Source: Thermodesulfovibrionales bacterium (GTDB lineage: Bacteria; Nitrospirota; Thermodesulfovibrionia; Thermodesulfovibrionales; SM23-35). From it: a stretch of 64,000 nucleotides of DNA. A program made the translations under genes and the position numbers. Positions 46,060-55,231 of this stretch are shown in pieces. The notes below the pieces were generated by a model that was not told where the DNA came from, made no database searches, and saw only the letters and a program-made list of their open reading frames with translations. The DNA lies in the NCBI GenBank assembly GCA_049700155.1, contig JBNAVX010000020.1, positions 13,906-77,905 on the forward strand, written 5' to 3'. Within the stretch, counting starts at the first letter, position 1, and each line of letters opens with the position of its first letter.

Positions 46060-47058
46060 ATGGATAGGGTTCTTCTCAGCCACGGTAGTGGCGGAACAAT
46101 GATGCACAAGTTAATAAGAGAGCATTTCGCACCTGAGTTTGATCTTAAATCTCTCAATGATTCAGCAGTTCTTGAAAGAATAAAAAAGGGGAAACTTGCT
46201 TTTACAACTGATTCTTATGTAGTGTCTCCCATATTTTTCCCCGGGGGCAATATTGGAGAGCTTGCAGTCTATGGCACTGTAAATGACCTATCTATGGTAG
46301 GAGCACAACCTCTTTATATTACTGTAGGATTTATACTTGAAGAAGGTTTTCAGTTCGAATATCTAAAGAAAATACTTTCCTCTATGTCAGATGCTTCTGA
46401 GAAAGCAGGGGTTAAGATTGTGGCAGGTGATACAAAGGTAGTTAATAAAGGAAAAGCTGATGGTATCTTTATAAATACATCAGGAATTGGAGTGATTGAA
46501 GATAAAATTGAAATATCACCCTCTAAAGTAAAACCGGGGGATAAGATTATTCTGAGTGGACCTATAGGGAATCATGGCATTTCAGTAATTGGTGAAAGAA
46601 ATGGCATCAGTTTCAACCCTCCTGTATTGAGTGATACAGCTCCTTTAAATGGTCTTGTTAAAGATATGCTGAAGATTACAAAAAAGATCCATGCAATGAG
46701 AGACCCAACAAGAGGGGGGCTTGCTACTACACTTAAGGAGATAGCCACAGATTCGGGATATTGTATGTTTATTGAAGAGGAACAAATTCCTGTGCCACCA
46801 GGAGTCAGAGGTGCATGCGAGTTACTTGGACTTGACCCTCTTTATGTTGCTAATGAAGGAATACTTGTAGCTATAGTTAGTCCAGACGTTACAGATAAAC
46901 TTATAAAAGCTATGAAAAGGCATCCATTAGCAAAAGAGGCAAGAATAATTGGAGAGGTGCGGAAGTCACCAGAAGGTATGGTCTTGTTAAAAACATCAAT
47001 AGGTGGAACAAGGATAGTTGAGATGCTCTCAGGAGACCAGCTTCCAAGGATATGCTGA
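46060..47058 (+). CDS. hypE: Hydrogenase maturation carbamoyl dehydratase HypE
   Basis: MDRVLLSHGSGG start right after the hypD stop, an AIR-synthase-like fold, and a C-terminal PRIC motif (catalytic Cys). Confidence 0.95.
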   Translation: MDRVLLSHGSGGTMMHKLIREHFAPEFDLKSLNDSAVLERIKKGKLAFTTDSYVVSPIFFPGGNIGELAVYGTVNDLSMVGAQPLYITVGFILEEGFQFEYLKKILSSMSDASEKAGVKIVAGDTKVVNKGKADGIFINTSGIGVIEDKIEISPSKVKPGDKIILSGPIGNHGISVIGERNGISFNPPVLSDTAPLNGLVKDMLKITKKIHAMRDPTRGGLATTLKEIATDSGYCMFIEEEQIPVPPGVRGACELLGLDPLYVANEGILVAIVSPDVTDKLIKAMKRHPLAKEARIIGEVRKSPEGMVLLKTSIGGTRIVEMLSGDQLPRIC

Positions 47059-47142
47059 TTTATTTCAAATTTAGAAATTGCCAGTGCAAAATTATCAATA
47101 AAAAAATATTTTAAATTTGATAAATGCCATGGGAGGTCTCAA

Positions 47143-47868
47143 ATGCTTCTTGGTGTTAATGTTGACCATGTAGCAACTATAAGGCAGGCAAGAAAAGGCT
47201 TTGAGCCAGATCCAGTTATGGCTGCAACTCTTGCAATACTTGGTGGGGCAGATGGAATAACAATACATCTCAGAGAAGATAGACGACATATACAGGATAG
47301 AGATTTAAAAATATTGCGAGAAGTTGTCCCTGTAGAATTGAACCTTGAAATGGCTGCAACTAAAGAGATGTTTAATATTGCAATTAAGACAAAACCCGAC
47401 ATGATAACAATTGTACCTGAAAAGCGCCAGGAGCTTACAACTGAAGGAGGTCTTGATGTAAAGACTCAGAAAAAGGCTATTCAGGACTTTATAAGAAAGC
47501 TTCAGGATAATGGATTGCCTGTAAGTCTTTTTATAAATCCAGAACCAGATGATATCGCAATCTCAAAAGAAACAGGCACAGATATGATTGAAATACATAC
47601 TGGAATGTATGCAGATGCAAAAGGTAAAAAACAAGAGAAAGAACTTTTGCGTGTAATGAATGCTGTAAAACATGCAATAGATATCGGGCTTACAGTTAAT
47701 GCTGGACATGGGCTTAACTATTTTAATGTTACTAAGATAGCAAATATTAAAGGCATCAGAGGACTTTACATTGGACACAGCATTGTCTCTCGAGCAGTCC
47801 TTGTAGGTATGGAGAGAGCTGTGAGAGAGATGAAAGAGCTAATCAGAATAAATTCTAAAACCTCTTAG
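47143..47868 (+). CDS. pdxJ: Pyridoxine 5'-phosphate synthase PdxJ
   Basis: 241 aa. LGVNVDHVATIRQAR and HLREDRRHI motifs. Confidence 0.96.
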   Translation: MLLGVNVDHVATIRQARKGFEPDPVMAATLAILGGADGITIHLREDRRHIQDRDLKILREVVPVELNLEMAATKEMFNIAIKTKPDMITIVPEKRQELTTEGGLDVKTQKKAIQDFIRKLQDNGLPVSLFINPEPDDIAISKETGTDMIEIHTGMYADAKGKKQEKELLRVMNAVKHAIDIGLTVNAGHGLNYFNVTKIANIKGIRGLYIGHSIVSRAVLVGMERAVREMKELIRINSKTS

Positions 47869-48986
47869 AATCTCAAGAAGGCCCCTATTCCACCTGCTTC
47901 TGTCAACTTTTTATTATCTTCAACAACCTCCACCAAGGCACCTTGATTGATAGCTTTTTCCCCTGCGAGGCTTATAAGATAATCAACCATCTCCATACTA
48001 CCTTTACAGTAAGGGCAGGAGCTTACATTCTGTGTGGTCAAAAAACCACATGCTGGACAGAAATAGCCTATTGTCTTTAAATTTTTTGAAATAATTAGCT
48101 TCATCACCCTCTTTTCCTGTAACGCATTAAGAACATCCTCTAACCCGAGCACAGCGTCCTTATTTTTCATAGCTCTTGTAATAAGTTCCTCTATTGTTTC
48201 TTCTTCTTTTTTCTTTTCATATTCTAAAACTATAGGTTCAACTCTTGATAGAACCTCAGAGCTATTAGCAAACATCTCTATCTTGACAGTTCCAATAATT
48301 TTATCAAGAATTTTCTTATGTAACATACCTTTTACCATTGATACTGCTTCGTCAGAACCACCAATTATTATCCTCCCTATATATTCTCCACTCAGAAAAG
48401 AATCCAGCTTTTCAATAACCTCCCTGAGATGCATCCCCACATGGTAATCTATGTGCCTTTCATAATGGTTTTGAGAAAGAGCAAACCATCCACCTTTCTT
48501 ATGTTTTCCAGGAACATCAGGTGTATAAACCTCACCATATTCAATAATTTCTCTGAGATGAACCAGAAATATCCTCGCAAACTCTTTATCCACAAGCAAA
48601 ACGGCATATCGTTGATAATTATCCAGAATATCCATAAGAGGTTTTACATAAGGTGACTTATCAACAATTAATTCATTTTTTACAGGTACACCAAGATGAT
48701 ATTCCTTCCAGAAGGAATTTTTTAAAGAGCTCAGTAAAGCAACTCCCCTTTTAAAAGCCCTCTTATTTGTGAGAATATAATTATCAATCTTTTCTAAATC
48801 AGCCTTTACTTTCTTATAAACACTTTTATCCAGTGTTTCTATAGTATTCTTCATCATATTTTTTAGATGTACAATATAATCTCCCTTTTTGTTGAACATA
48901 GGATCAACATTCAGATATAAACTCACAAAATAACCATCTTTCCGTTCAATAGATGTGACTTCTCTTAATTCAGACCTGCTGAGCAT
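47865..48986 (-). CDS. Bacterial eRF1/Pelota/Vms1-like protein (baeRF-type) with GGW in the GGQ-equivalent loop and a C-terminal-domain zinc ribbon
   Basis: 373 aa. KHKKGGWFALSQNHYERH aligns by eye to the eRF1 GRGGQSALRFARLR loop. DAVLGLEDVLNALQEKRVMKLIIS and the terminal GGIGAFLRF match eRF1 domain 3. CPACG-x11-CPYC forms the ribbon. Confidence 0.65.
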   Translation of the reverse strand: MLSRSELREVTSIERKDGYFVSLYLNVDPMFNKKGDYIVHLKNMMKNTIETLDKSVYKKVKADLEKIDNYILTNKRAFKRGVALLSSLKNSFWKEYHLGVPVKNELIVDKSPYVKPLMDILDNYQRYAVLLVDKEFARIFLVHLREIIEYGEVYTPDVPGKHKKGGWFALSQNHYERHIDYHVGMHLREVIEKLDSFLSGEYIGRIIIGGSDEAVSMVKGMLHKKILDKIIGTVKIEMFANSSEVLSRVEPIVLEYEKKKEEETIEELITRAMKNKDAVLGLEDVLNALQEKRVMKLIISKNLKTIGYFCPACGFLTTQNVSSCPYCKGSMEMVDYLISLAGEKAINQGALVEVVEDNKKLTEAGGIGAFLRF

Positions 48987-50022
48987 TTTTCCCTCCTTCT
49001 ACACTTCTGAAAATTTCAATGACTGATATAAATAGTGCAATTACAAGTGGTCCCATAATAAGCCCAATTAAACCGAGTAATTTTATACCTCCGAGGACGC
49101 TGAAAAAGATCACGATTATCGGCATCTTTGTTCGACCGCCTATTATGATGGGCTTCAATATATTGTCTACTAAACTTATCCCAAATAGACCAATAATTGC
49201 AAGTATGAAACCTTTTAATACTGCACCTTTTAAGAAGAGATAAATTGTTGCTGGAACCCATATTGAAGATGCTCCAAGTAAAGGGACAAAAGAAGCAATA
49301 GATGTAGCAAGTCCCCAAACAACAGGTGTTGAGATTCCAAGTATAAAAAATGCAAGACCTGCGATTGTGCCTTGCATAATTGAGACAGCAACACCCCCGT
49401 AAATTGTAGAGATAATAATATCTCTTATCTGTTTCACAAGCCTGTCTTTCTGTGTTTCAGAAAAAGGCATATAATCACGAACTTTACTCAGAAATTCAGG
49501 TCCATCTTTTAAAAAGAAGTATATTGAAAAAACCATAAATATTAAGTCAATTGACACAGTAACAACATTAGTAGCTCCCTTTGTAATTTTTGTAACTATC
49601 TCTTTACCTAACCGCGAAATATTTTCAACAATCGCCTGATTAAGTTCCTCTTCTGAAAGATTAAGTATAGAAAGTAAACTTTCGGTTATTGATCTAATGC
49701 TTGGATGTTGTAATAAACTTTCCAGAGCATCAAGCATATCAGTTTCCAGATAGCCAGCCAGATCTTTTAATTCAATCACAAGTAAATATGTAAGATATGA
49801 AAAAGGACCAAGAATTATAATAAGTATGATGGTCAGTGTAAGAAGGGCTGCGATAGTTTTCCATTTAAGATATTTAAGAATAAAGACATAAACAGGATAA
49901 AAAACAATAGAAAAGACAATTGCCCAGGCTATAGGCGTTAAAAATGGCTTTAATATCTGATAAGTCAGAAAACCGAGTATTATTATTAAAGTAATAACAG
50001 CAAAAAGATAAAATCTCGTCAT
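48970..50022 (-). CDS. AI-2E family transporter (PerM/UPF0118)
   Basis: 350 aa with 7-8 TM segments and the typical central soluble insertion and glycine-rich C-terminal helices. Its 3' end overlaps the start of the eRF1-like gene by 17 nt. Confidence 0.8.
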   Translation of the reverse strand: MTRFYLFAVITLIIILGFLTYQILKPFLTPIAWAIVFSIVFYPVYVFILKYLKWKTIAALLTLTIILIIILGPFSYLTYLLVIELKDLAGYLETDMLDALESLLQHPSIRSITESLLSILNLSEEELNQAIVENISRLGKEIVTKITKGATNVVTVSIDLIFMVFSIYFFLKDGPEFLSKVRDYMPFSETQKDRLVKQIRDIIISTIYGGVAVSIMQGTIAGLAFFILGISTPVVWGLATSIASFVPLLGASSIWVPATIYLFLKGAVLKGFILAIIGLFGISLVDNILKPIIIGGRTKMPIIVIFFSVLGGIKLLGLIGLIMGPLVIALFISVIEIFRSVEGGKNAQQV

Positions 50023-50073
50023 TTTTAAAAGTTTTCTATTATATAATATAAGTTGTTAATAGAGGTAAATAAT

Positions 50074-50232
50074 ATGTGCAATAATGAAAGACCGAGCATA
50101 AAAGCCGTTTATGAAAACCTGAGGAAAAACATACCATTTATGAAAAAGACTTTCCTCTTTATTAAAAACTTTTCTTTAAGAATCTTAAAATTTCAGAATT
50201 GCTGTAATCATCCCGGGGAACCTGGTTGTTGA
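50074..50232 (+). CDS. Unannotated small ORF (52 aa) with a cysteine-rich C-terminus
   Basis: AGAGG Shine-Dalgarno-like sequence 8 nt upstream of ATG 50074. Translation: MCNNERPSIKAVYENLRKNIPFMKKTFLFIKNFSLRILKFQNCCNHPGEPGC. A GC-rich hairpin follows at 50245-50261. It falls below the size cutoff of the ORF track. Confidence 0.35.
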   Translation: MCNNERPSIKAVYENLRKNIPFMKKTFLFIKNFSLRILKFQNCCNHPGEPGC

Positions 50233-50298
50233 AAAAGGATATAGCACCGCAGGGTGCGGTGATTATCTAACACAATCGCTTTACACAACTCAATTTGT

Positions 50299-50820
50299 AT
50301 GATAAAATTTTGTATGAAGACATTTATCATGGTCATCCTATCCTTCCTATTTGCCTTTACATTATTTATCTTACTTGGCGAAAAAGATGGACACAATAAT
50401 TTCAAGATAAAAGGAAATTCTTTTATTGAAGGACTTAAGATTTTACATAGAGAAAATGATAACACTGCATGGACTTTGATAGCAAAAAAGGCAGAGCTTA
50501 GAGAAAGTGAAAATATAGCAGACCTCAGTGATATTACTGTCATCGTTCCTAAGAATAGTTTCAAACTCTTTGCTGATAAGGGGATATATGATTTGTCAAC
50601 ACAGAGTTTCAGGGCAGAAAGTAAAATAAAAGCAGAGTCAAAAGATTATAAAATAGTAACATCACTAATTGATTATGAAACTTCTTCAGGAAGAATTAAA
50701 ACAAACGAAAATATTAAAGTAGATGGCAAAAGATTCAAAGTCGAAGGAAAAGGAATGAGCGTAGATTCTGATAAAAAAATAAGAATATTAAAAGATGTTA
50801 AAGCCACTTTTTATAAGTAG
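50299..50820 (+). CDS. lptC: LPS export system protein LptC
   Basis: 173 aa. N-terminal anchor and beta-jellyroll-like repeats. It lies immediately upstream of lptA-lptB-rpoN, the conserved order. Confidence 0.75.
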   Translation: MIKFCMKTFIMVILSFLFAFTLFILLGEKDGHNNFKIKGNSFIEGLKILHRENDNTAWTLIAKKAELRESENIADLSDITVIVPKNSFKLFADKGIYDLSTQSFRAESKIKAESKDYKIVTSLIDYETSSGRIKTNENIKVDGKRFKVEGKGMSVDSDKKIRILKDVKATFYK

Positions 50821-51265
50821 CATCTTAATATTCTTTTTCATCCTCAATAATATTTATGCTGAGGAAAAGCCCCAGAGATTAAAGGGACCGATAGTTATTA
50901 CTTCAGAAACACTTACTGTTGACAATGAAGCACATACCGCTCTCTTTGAAAAATCTGTTGTTGCAAGAACTACAGATTCAACACTTTATGCAGATAAAAT
51001 GCTTGTTCACTACCATTCTGAGACTGGAGATATAATGAAAATTGAAGCTGAAGGACATATAAAATTATTAAAAGGCTCAAGGGCTATTATCTCAAATGAA
51101 GCTACCTATTTTGCAGAAGGTGAAAAAATTATTTTTACTGGTGAGCCGAGAGCTGTAGAAGGCGAGAATTTAGTCACAGGCAAAAAGATTACATATTTCT
51201 TAAATGATGACCGTTTTCTTGTTGAAGATAGCAAAGTTTTCTTAAAGAAAAAGAGAGTCCCATAA
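50795..51265 (+). CDS. lptA: LPS transport periplasmic protein LptA (OstA-like)
   Basis: 156 aa. Signal peptide, then an OstA N-terminal-domain pattern (ITSETLTVDNEAHTALFEKSVV...YADKMLV...GN). Confidence 0.8.
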   Translation: MLKPLFISSILIFFFILNNIYAEEKPQRLKGPIVITSETLTVDNEAHTALFEKSVVARTTDSTLYADKMLVHYHSETGDIMKIEAEGHIKLLKGSRAIISNEATYFAEGEKIIFTGEPRAVEGENLVTGKKITYFLNDDRFLVEDSKVFLKKKRVP

Positions 51266-51988
51266 TTGCAAGTATTAGAGGTAAAAAATCTTCATAAAGC
51301 ATATGGTAAAAGATATGTTGTTAAGAACCTTAATATATATCTTTCAAAAAGAGAAATTGTGGGTCTTCTTGGACCAAATGGAGCAGGGAAGACAACAACA
51401 TTTTATATGATAGCAGGACTTATAAGGCCTGATGAAGGGAAAATATTTCTTGATGATAAAGATATAACAGGTTTACCAATGTTCAAAAGGGCAAAAATGG
51501 GGATATGCTATCTTCCTCAAGAACCATCCATATTCAGAAAACTTTCTGTAAGAGATAATTTAAGGGCAGTTCTTGAAATAAGAGGACTCAGCAGAGAGGA
51601 AATAGAAGTTGAAATAGACAGGTTATTGGAAGAGTTCGGTCTACTTGAATTTTCAGAAAGAGAAGGCTACAAGCTATCAGGAGGAGAAAGAAGAAAAGCA
51701 GAGATAGCAAGGGCTGTTGCAACAAGACCCGTATTTATGCTATTTGATGAACCTTTTACTGGTATAGACCCTATTACAATCTTAGAATTAAAAAAAATAT
51801 TTAACTACCTTAAAGAAAAAGGTCTCGGTATCATGATCACAGACCATAATGTAAGAGATACCTTATCAATAACAGACCGTGCTTATATATTAAGTAATGG
51901 TGAGATACTTGAAGAAGGCATACCTGACAAGATTGTATCAGATCCAAGAGTCAGAGAGGCTTTTCTTGGGGAGGAATTTGTTCTCTAA
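51266..51988 (+). CDS. lptB: LPS export ABC transporter ATP-binding protein LptB (TTG start)
   Basis: 240 aa. GPNGAGKTT, LSGGERRKAEIARA and LFDEPFTGIDP motifs. Confidence 0.95.
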   Translation: MQVLEVKNLHKAYGKRYVVKNLNIYLSKREIVGLLGPNGAGKTTTFYMIAGLIRPDEGKIFLDDKDITGLPMFKRAKMGICYLPQEPSIFRKLSVRDNLRAVLEIRGLSREEIEVEIDRLLEEFGLLEFSEREGYKLSGGERRKAEIARAVATRPVFMLFDEPFTGIDPITILELKKIFNYLKEKGLGIMITDHNVRDTLSITDRAYILSNGEILEEGIPDKIVSDPRVREAFLGEEFVL

Positions 51989-53427
51989 TGGTAATTGAAA
52001 ACAGGCTTGAGCTCAGACTATCACAAAAACTTATCCTGACACCTCAATTACAGCAGGCTATGAAACTGCTTCAATTGCCACAACTTGAACTTTTACAGGC
52101 TCTTAGCCAGGAAATGGTAGAGAATCCTTTTCTTGAAGAATCCCTTGAAGAGATAAATACTGAAGAACTTACAATTGAAGAAAAAGAATCCTTTGATAAT
52201 GAAGAGACCATTGAAGATACAGAGGTACCTCTTGAAAGACTCATGCATTTTACTGTTGATGAATACTTTGAGGAAAGAGGAAGTGATGGAAGAGATCTTG
52301 GTTATTTTACGCCGGGTACTATAACTCCGCCATCGTTTGAACAATTTTTAACAGAGAAACAGGATCTATACGATCATCTCTTGTGGCAATTGAGGCTATC
52401 TACCGCACCAGAGGAGATACGAATAATTGGTGAGAACATAATAGGCAATTTAGATGAAAATGGATACCTTCCTCTAACCGTTGAAGATATTGCAAGCCAA
52501 ATGAATGTAGATTCTGTTAAAGTAGAAAAGGCTATCAATTTAGTCCAGAGTTTCGATCCTCCTGGAGTATGTGCAAGGAACCTTAAAGAGTGTCTTCTTT
52601 TACAACTTGAGCCTTTAAATCTTAAAGGCACACTCGTTGAAAAAATTATTGCCAACAATATTGAAGACCTGGAAAAGAAAAAATATAAAAAGATAGCCCA
52701 AAATTATAAAATATCGCTTCAAGAAGTCATGGCAGCTGTCAGAATCATTGAAGGACTTGAACCTAAACCTGGTAGAAATTTTTCCAGTATAAAGACTAAC
52801 TATATTGTTCCTGATGTTTTTGTGACAAAGACCCCTGATGGATACCAGATTATCTTAAATGACGACGGAATGCCTAAGTTGAGGATATGCAGTCTTTATA
52901 AAAAATTAATCAAGCAGAAAGACGTCTTCCCTAAAGAAGAAAAACAGTTTTTGATAGAAAAACTTCGCTCAGCAATAGCACTACTCAAAAGTCTTGAACA
53001 AAGAGACAGAACAATATACCGAGTAACGGAAAGTATAGTAGAACTACAAAAAGATTTTTTTGAAAAAGGACCAGAATATATAAATCCATTAACACTTAAA
53101 GATGTTGCTTCTAAACTCAATATGCATGAAAGTACAATAAGCAGAGTCACTTCAAACAAATACCTTTCCTGCCAGCACGGTATCTTCAGCTTCAGATATT
53201 TCTTCAGTAATGCACTCAGTAGCGGTACAGGAAAAATATCTTCAACTTCAGTAAAAAATACAATAAAAAAGGTTATTGAGGAAGAAGACCCAGAAAATCC
53301 CCTGAGTGATCAGAGAATTGTAGATATCCTAAAAAATAAAGGAATTATAGTAGCAAGAAGGACAGTAGCAAAATACAGAGAAGAACTAAAAATTCTACCT
53401 CAGGCACAGAGGAAAAAGATTAACTGA
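51988..53427 (+). CDS. rpoN: RNA polymerase sigma-54 factor RpoN
   Basis: 479 aa. Gln/Leu-rich region I (LSQKLILTPQLQQAMKLLQLPQLEL), an HTH, and the RpoN box ARRTVAKYREEL. Confidence 0.97.
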   Translation: MVIENRLELRLSQKLILTPQLQQAMKLLQLPQLELLQALSQEMVENPFLEESLEEINTEELTIEEKESFDNEETIEDTEVPLERLMHFTVDEYFEERGSDGRDLGYFTPGTITPPSFEQFLTEKQDLYDHLLWQLRLSTAPEEIRIIGENIIGNLDENGYLPLTVEDIASQMNVDSVKVEKAINLVQSFDPPGVCARNLKECLLLQLEPLNLKGTLVEKIIANNIEDLEKKKYKKIAQNYKISLQEVMAAVRIIEGLEPKPGRNFSSIKTNYIVPDVFVTKTPDGYQIILNDDGMPKLRICSLYKKLIKQKDVFPKEEKQFLIEKLRSAIALLKSLEQRDRTIYRVTESIVELQKDFFEKGPEYINPLTLKDVASKLNMHESTISRVTSNKYLSCQHGIFSFRYFFSNALSSGTGKISSTSVKNTIKKVIEEEDPENPLSDQRIVDILKNKGIIVARRTVAKYREELKILPQAQRKKIN

Positions 53428-53442
53428 TTGAAAGGAGGAGCC

Positions 53443-53964
53443 ATGAATATTATTGTTACTGGAAGACATTTTGAAGTTACAGATGCTTTAAGAAAATATG
53501 CAGAAGGGAAAATAAAAAAATTTGATCGTTATCTCTCTAATATAACAGAGGCGATAGTAACCCTTAGTATCGAAAAATATAGGCATAAGGCTGAAGTTCT
53601 TCTTAAAGTTAATGGTTACCTCATACAAGCAGAAGGAATAACAGGTGAAATATATTCTTCGATAGATGAAGTAGTCGAGAAACTTGAAAGACAGGTAAAA
53701 AAGTATAAGGAGAAGCTTGTATCTCATAGAAAAGGTGAGGGAAAAACAAACTTAACAGAGTCTGTTACTACTCCTAAAGAAACAGGGAAAATCATAAAGA
53801 ATAAGAGATTTGAATTGAAACCTATGAGTCAGGACGAAGCTGTTATGCAGATGGACCTCCTTGATAAGGATTTTTTTATCTTCACGAATGAGAACACTGG
53901 AAATATAAATGTACTCTATCGTAGAAAAGACGGAAATTTTGGACTTATAGAGCCTTTAAAGTAA
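53443..53964 (+). CDS. hpf: Ribosome hibernation promoting factor, long form (HPF)
   Basis: ATG 53443 is preceded by AGGAGGAG. MNIIVTGRHFEVTDALRKYAE N-terminus, plus a C-terminal dimerisation domain (MSQDEAVMQMDLLDKDFFIF). Confidence 0.93.
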   Translation: MNIIVTGRHFEVTDALRKYAEGKIKKFDRYLSNITEAIVTLSIEKYRHKAEVLLKVNGYLIQAEGITGEIYSSIDEVVEKLERQVKKYKEKLVSHRKGEGKTNLTESVTTPKETGKIIKNKRFELKPMSQDEAVMQMDLLDKDFFIFTNENTGNINVLYRRKDGNFGLIEPLK

Positions 53965-54093
53965 ATTTATTTTCTTTAATTAAAATTAGATATTTATTCT
54001 AAAATTGTGATACATATCTGTTTTTTTTTCTGATTCTTAAATAAATTTTTAATTTATTTCATAATTCATAGAAATAGAAAGGCAATCTTAAAT

Positions 54094-54942
54094 ATGGGAA
54101 AACCAGATATAGTAATCATAACAGGTCTCTCTGGCTCTGGTAAGACCATAGCATTAAGAGCCCTTGAGGACTTAGGCTTCTTCTGTGTAGATAATCTACC
54201 TGTTGCACTTATAAAATCTTTTGCTTCCATAATTTCTCAAGATGCTGATATACAAAAGATAGGGATAGGAATCGACATTAGAGAAAAAGGGTTCCTTTCA
54301 GAAATTACAGAAGTTCTAAATAGACTCAGAAAACATTTCCACACAGAAATCCTTTTTCTTGAAGCAGAAGAAGATGTACTACTAAGAAGATTCAAAGAAA
54401 CAAGAAGACCTCATCCCCTCGGAGAAAATATTGAGAAGGCTATACAGATCGAAAAGGAGAGACTTTCTCCTTTGAAAGAAAATGCTGACAGGATAGTAGA
54501 TACATCTTCATTTACTCCACATCAACTCAGACAGTTCATAACATCTCTTTTTATAACAAAAAAACTCAGAAAAGCAATGACCGTAGTTCTCATGTCTTTT
54601 GGCTTTAAGTTTGGACCACCACAGAATGCTGATTTGCTCTTTGACGTCCGTTTTCTCCCTAATCCGAACTTTGTCCCTGAACTTAAAAAATTGAAAGGAA
54701 CAGACAAACGCGTTTCTAATTTTGTATTTAAAAAACCAGAGGCAAAACTATTTATGAATAAGATAAAAGAACTAATGGATTTTTTAATACCACTCTATAT
54801 CAAGGAAGGAAAGTCATATCTGACAGTAGGTATTGGTTGCACAGGTGGTAACCATCGTTCTCCTGCTATTGTAGAGAAACTTAAAAATTATCTCAAAAAA
54901 CATTCTGTAGATATTCATGTTGTGCATAGAGATCTACCTTAG
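54094..54942 (+). CDS. rapZ: RNase adapter protein RapZ (YhbJ P-loop NTPase)
   Basis: 282 aa. ITGLSGSGKT, FCVDNLP and CTGGNHRSP motifs. Confidence 0.95.
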   Translation: MGKPDIVIITGLSGSGKTIALRALEDLGFFCVDNLPVALIKSFASIISQDADIQKIGIGIDIREKGFLSEITEVLNRLRKHFHTEILFLEAEEDVLLRRFKETRRPHPLGENIEKAIQIEKERLSPLKENADRIVDTSSFTPHQLRQFITSLFITKKLRKAMTVVLMSFGFKFGPPQNADLLFDVRFLPNPNFVPELKKLKGTDKRVSNFVFKKPEAKLFMNKIKELMDFLIPLYIKEGKSYLTVGIGCTGGNHRSPAIVEKLKNYLKKHSVDIHVVHRDLP

Positions 54943-54984
54943 GTTTACAAAGTTGATTTAAGTTGTTAGTATAAAAATTGCTAT

Positions 54985-55074
54985 GGAGAGGTGGCCGAGC
55001 TGGTCTAAGGCAGCCGCCTGCTAAGCGGTTGTGGGGGTAAAACCTCACCCAGGGTTCGAATCCCTGCCTCTCCG
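54985..55074 (+). tRNA. tRNA-Ser (anticodon GCT), class II with a long variable arm; CCA not encoded
   Basis: GGAGAGG...CCTCTCC acceptor stem, D arm GCCGAGCTGGTCTAAGGC, anticodon loop CTGCTAA flanked by GCCGC/GCGGT, a long variable arm, and T arm CAGGGTTCGAATCCCTG with discriminator G. Confidence 0.93.
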
Positions 55075-55231
55075 TTTTATATATAAAAACTTATTTAAGC
55101 AAATAAAACAGAAAATAATTTAAATTTATAGGTGATTTATTTTAGAATGTCTTTCAGCGAAAGTGGGAAATTTTAAAATAAAAAATAAAATGAAAAAAAA
55201 AGAAGAGAATTAAATTTAGCAGGAGGATAAG

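Noticed and set aside
45735-46157. 140-aa and 99-aa minus-strand ORFs over the hypD/hypE junction
   Set aside because: They are antisense to strongly conserved HypD/HypE coding sequence. They have no motifs and no ribosome-binding site.
47061-47130. Imperfect long AT-only inverted repeat (ATTTATTTCAAATTTA ... TAAATTTGATAAAT) between hypE and pdxJ
   Set aside because: It has an indel in one arm and is entirely A/T. It most likely reflects AT-rich promoter or spacer composition rather than a defined structure.
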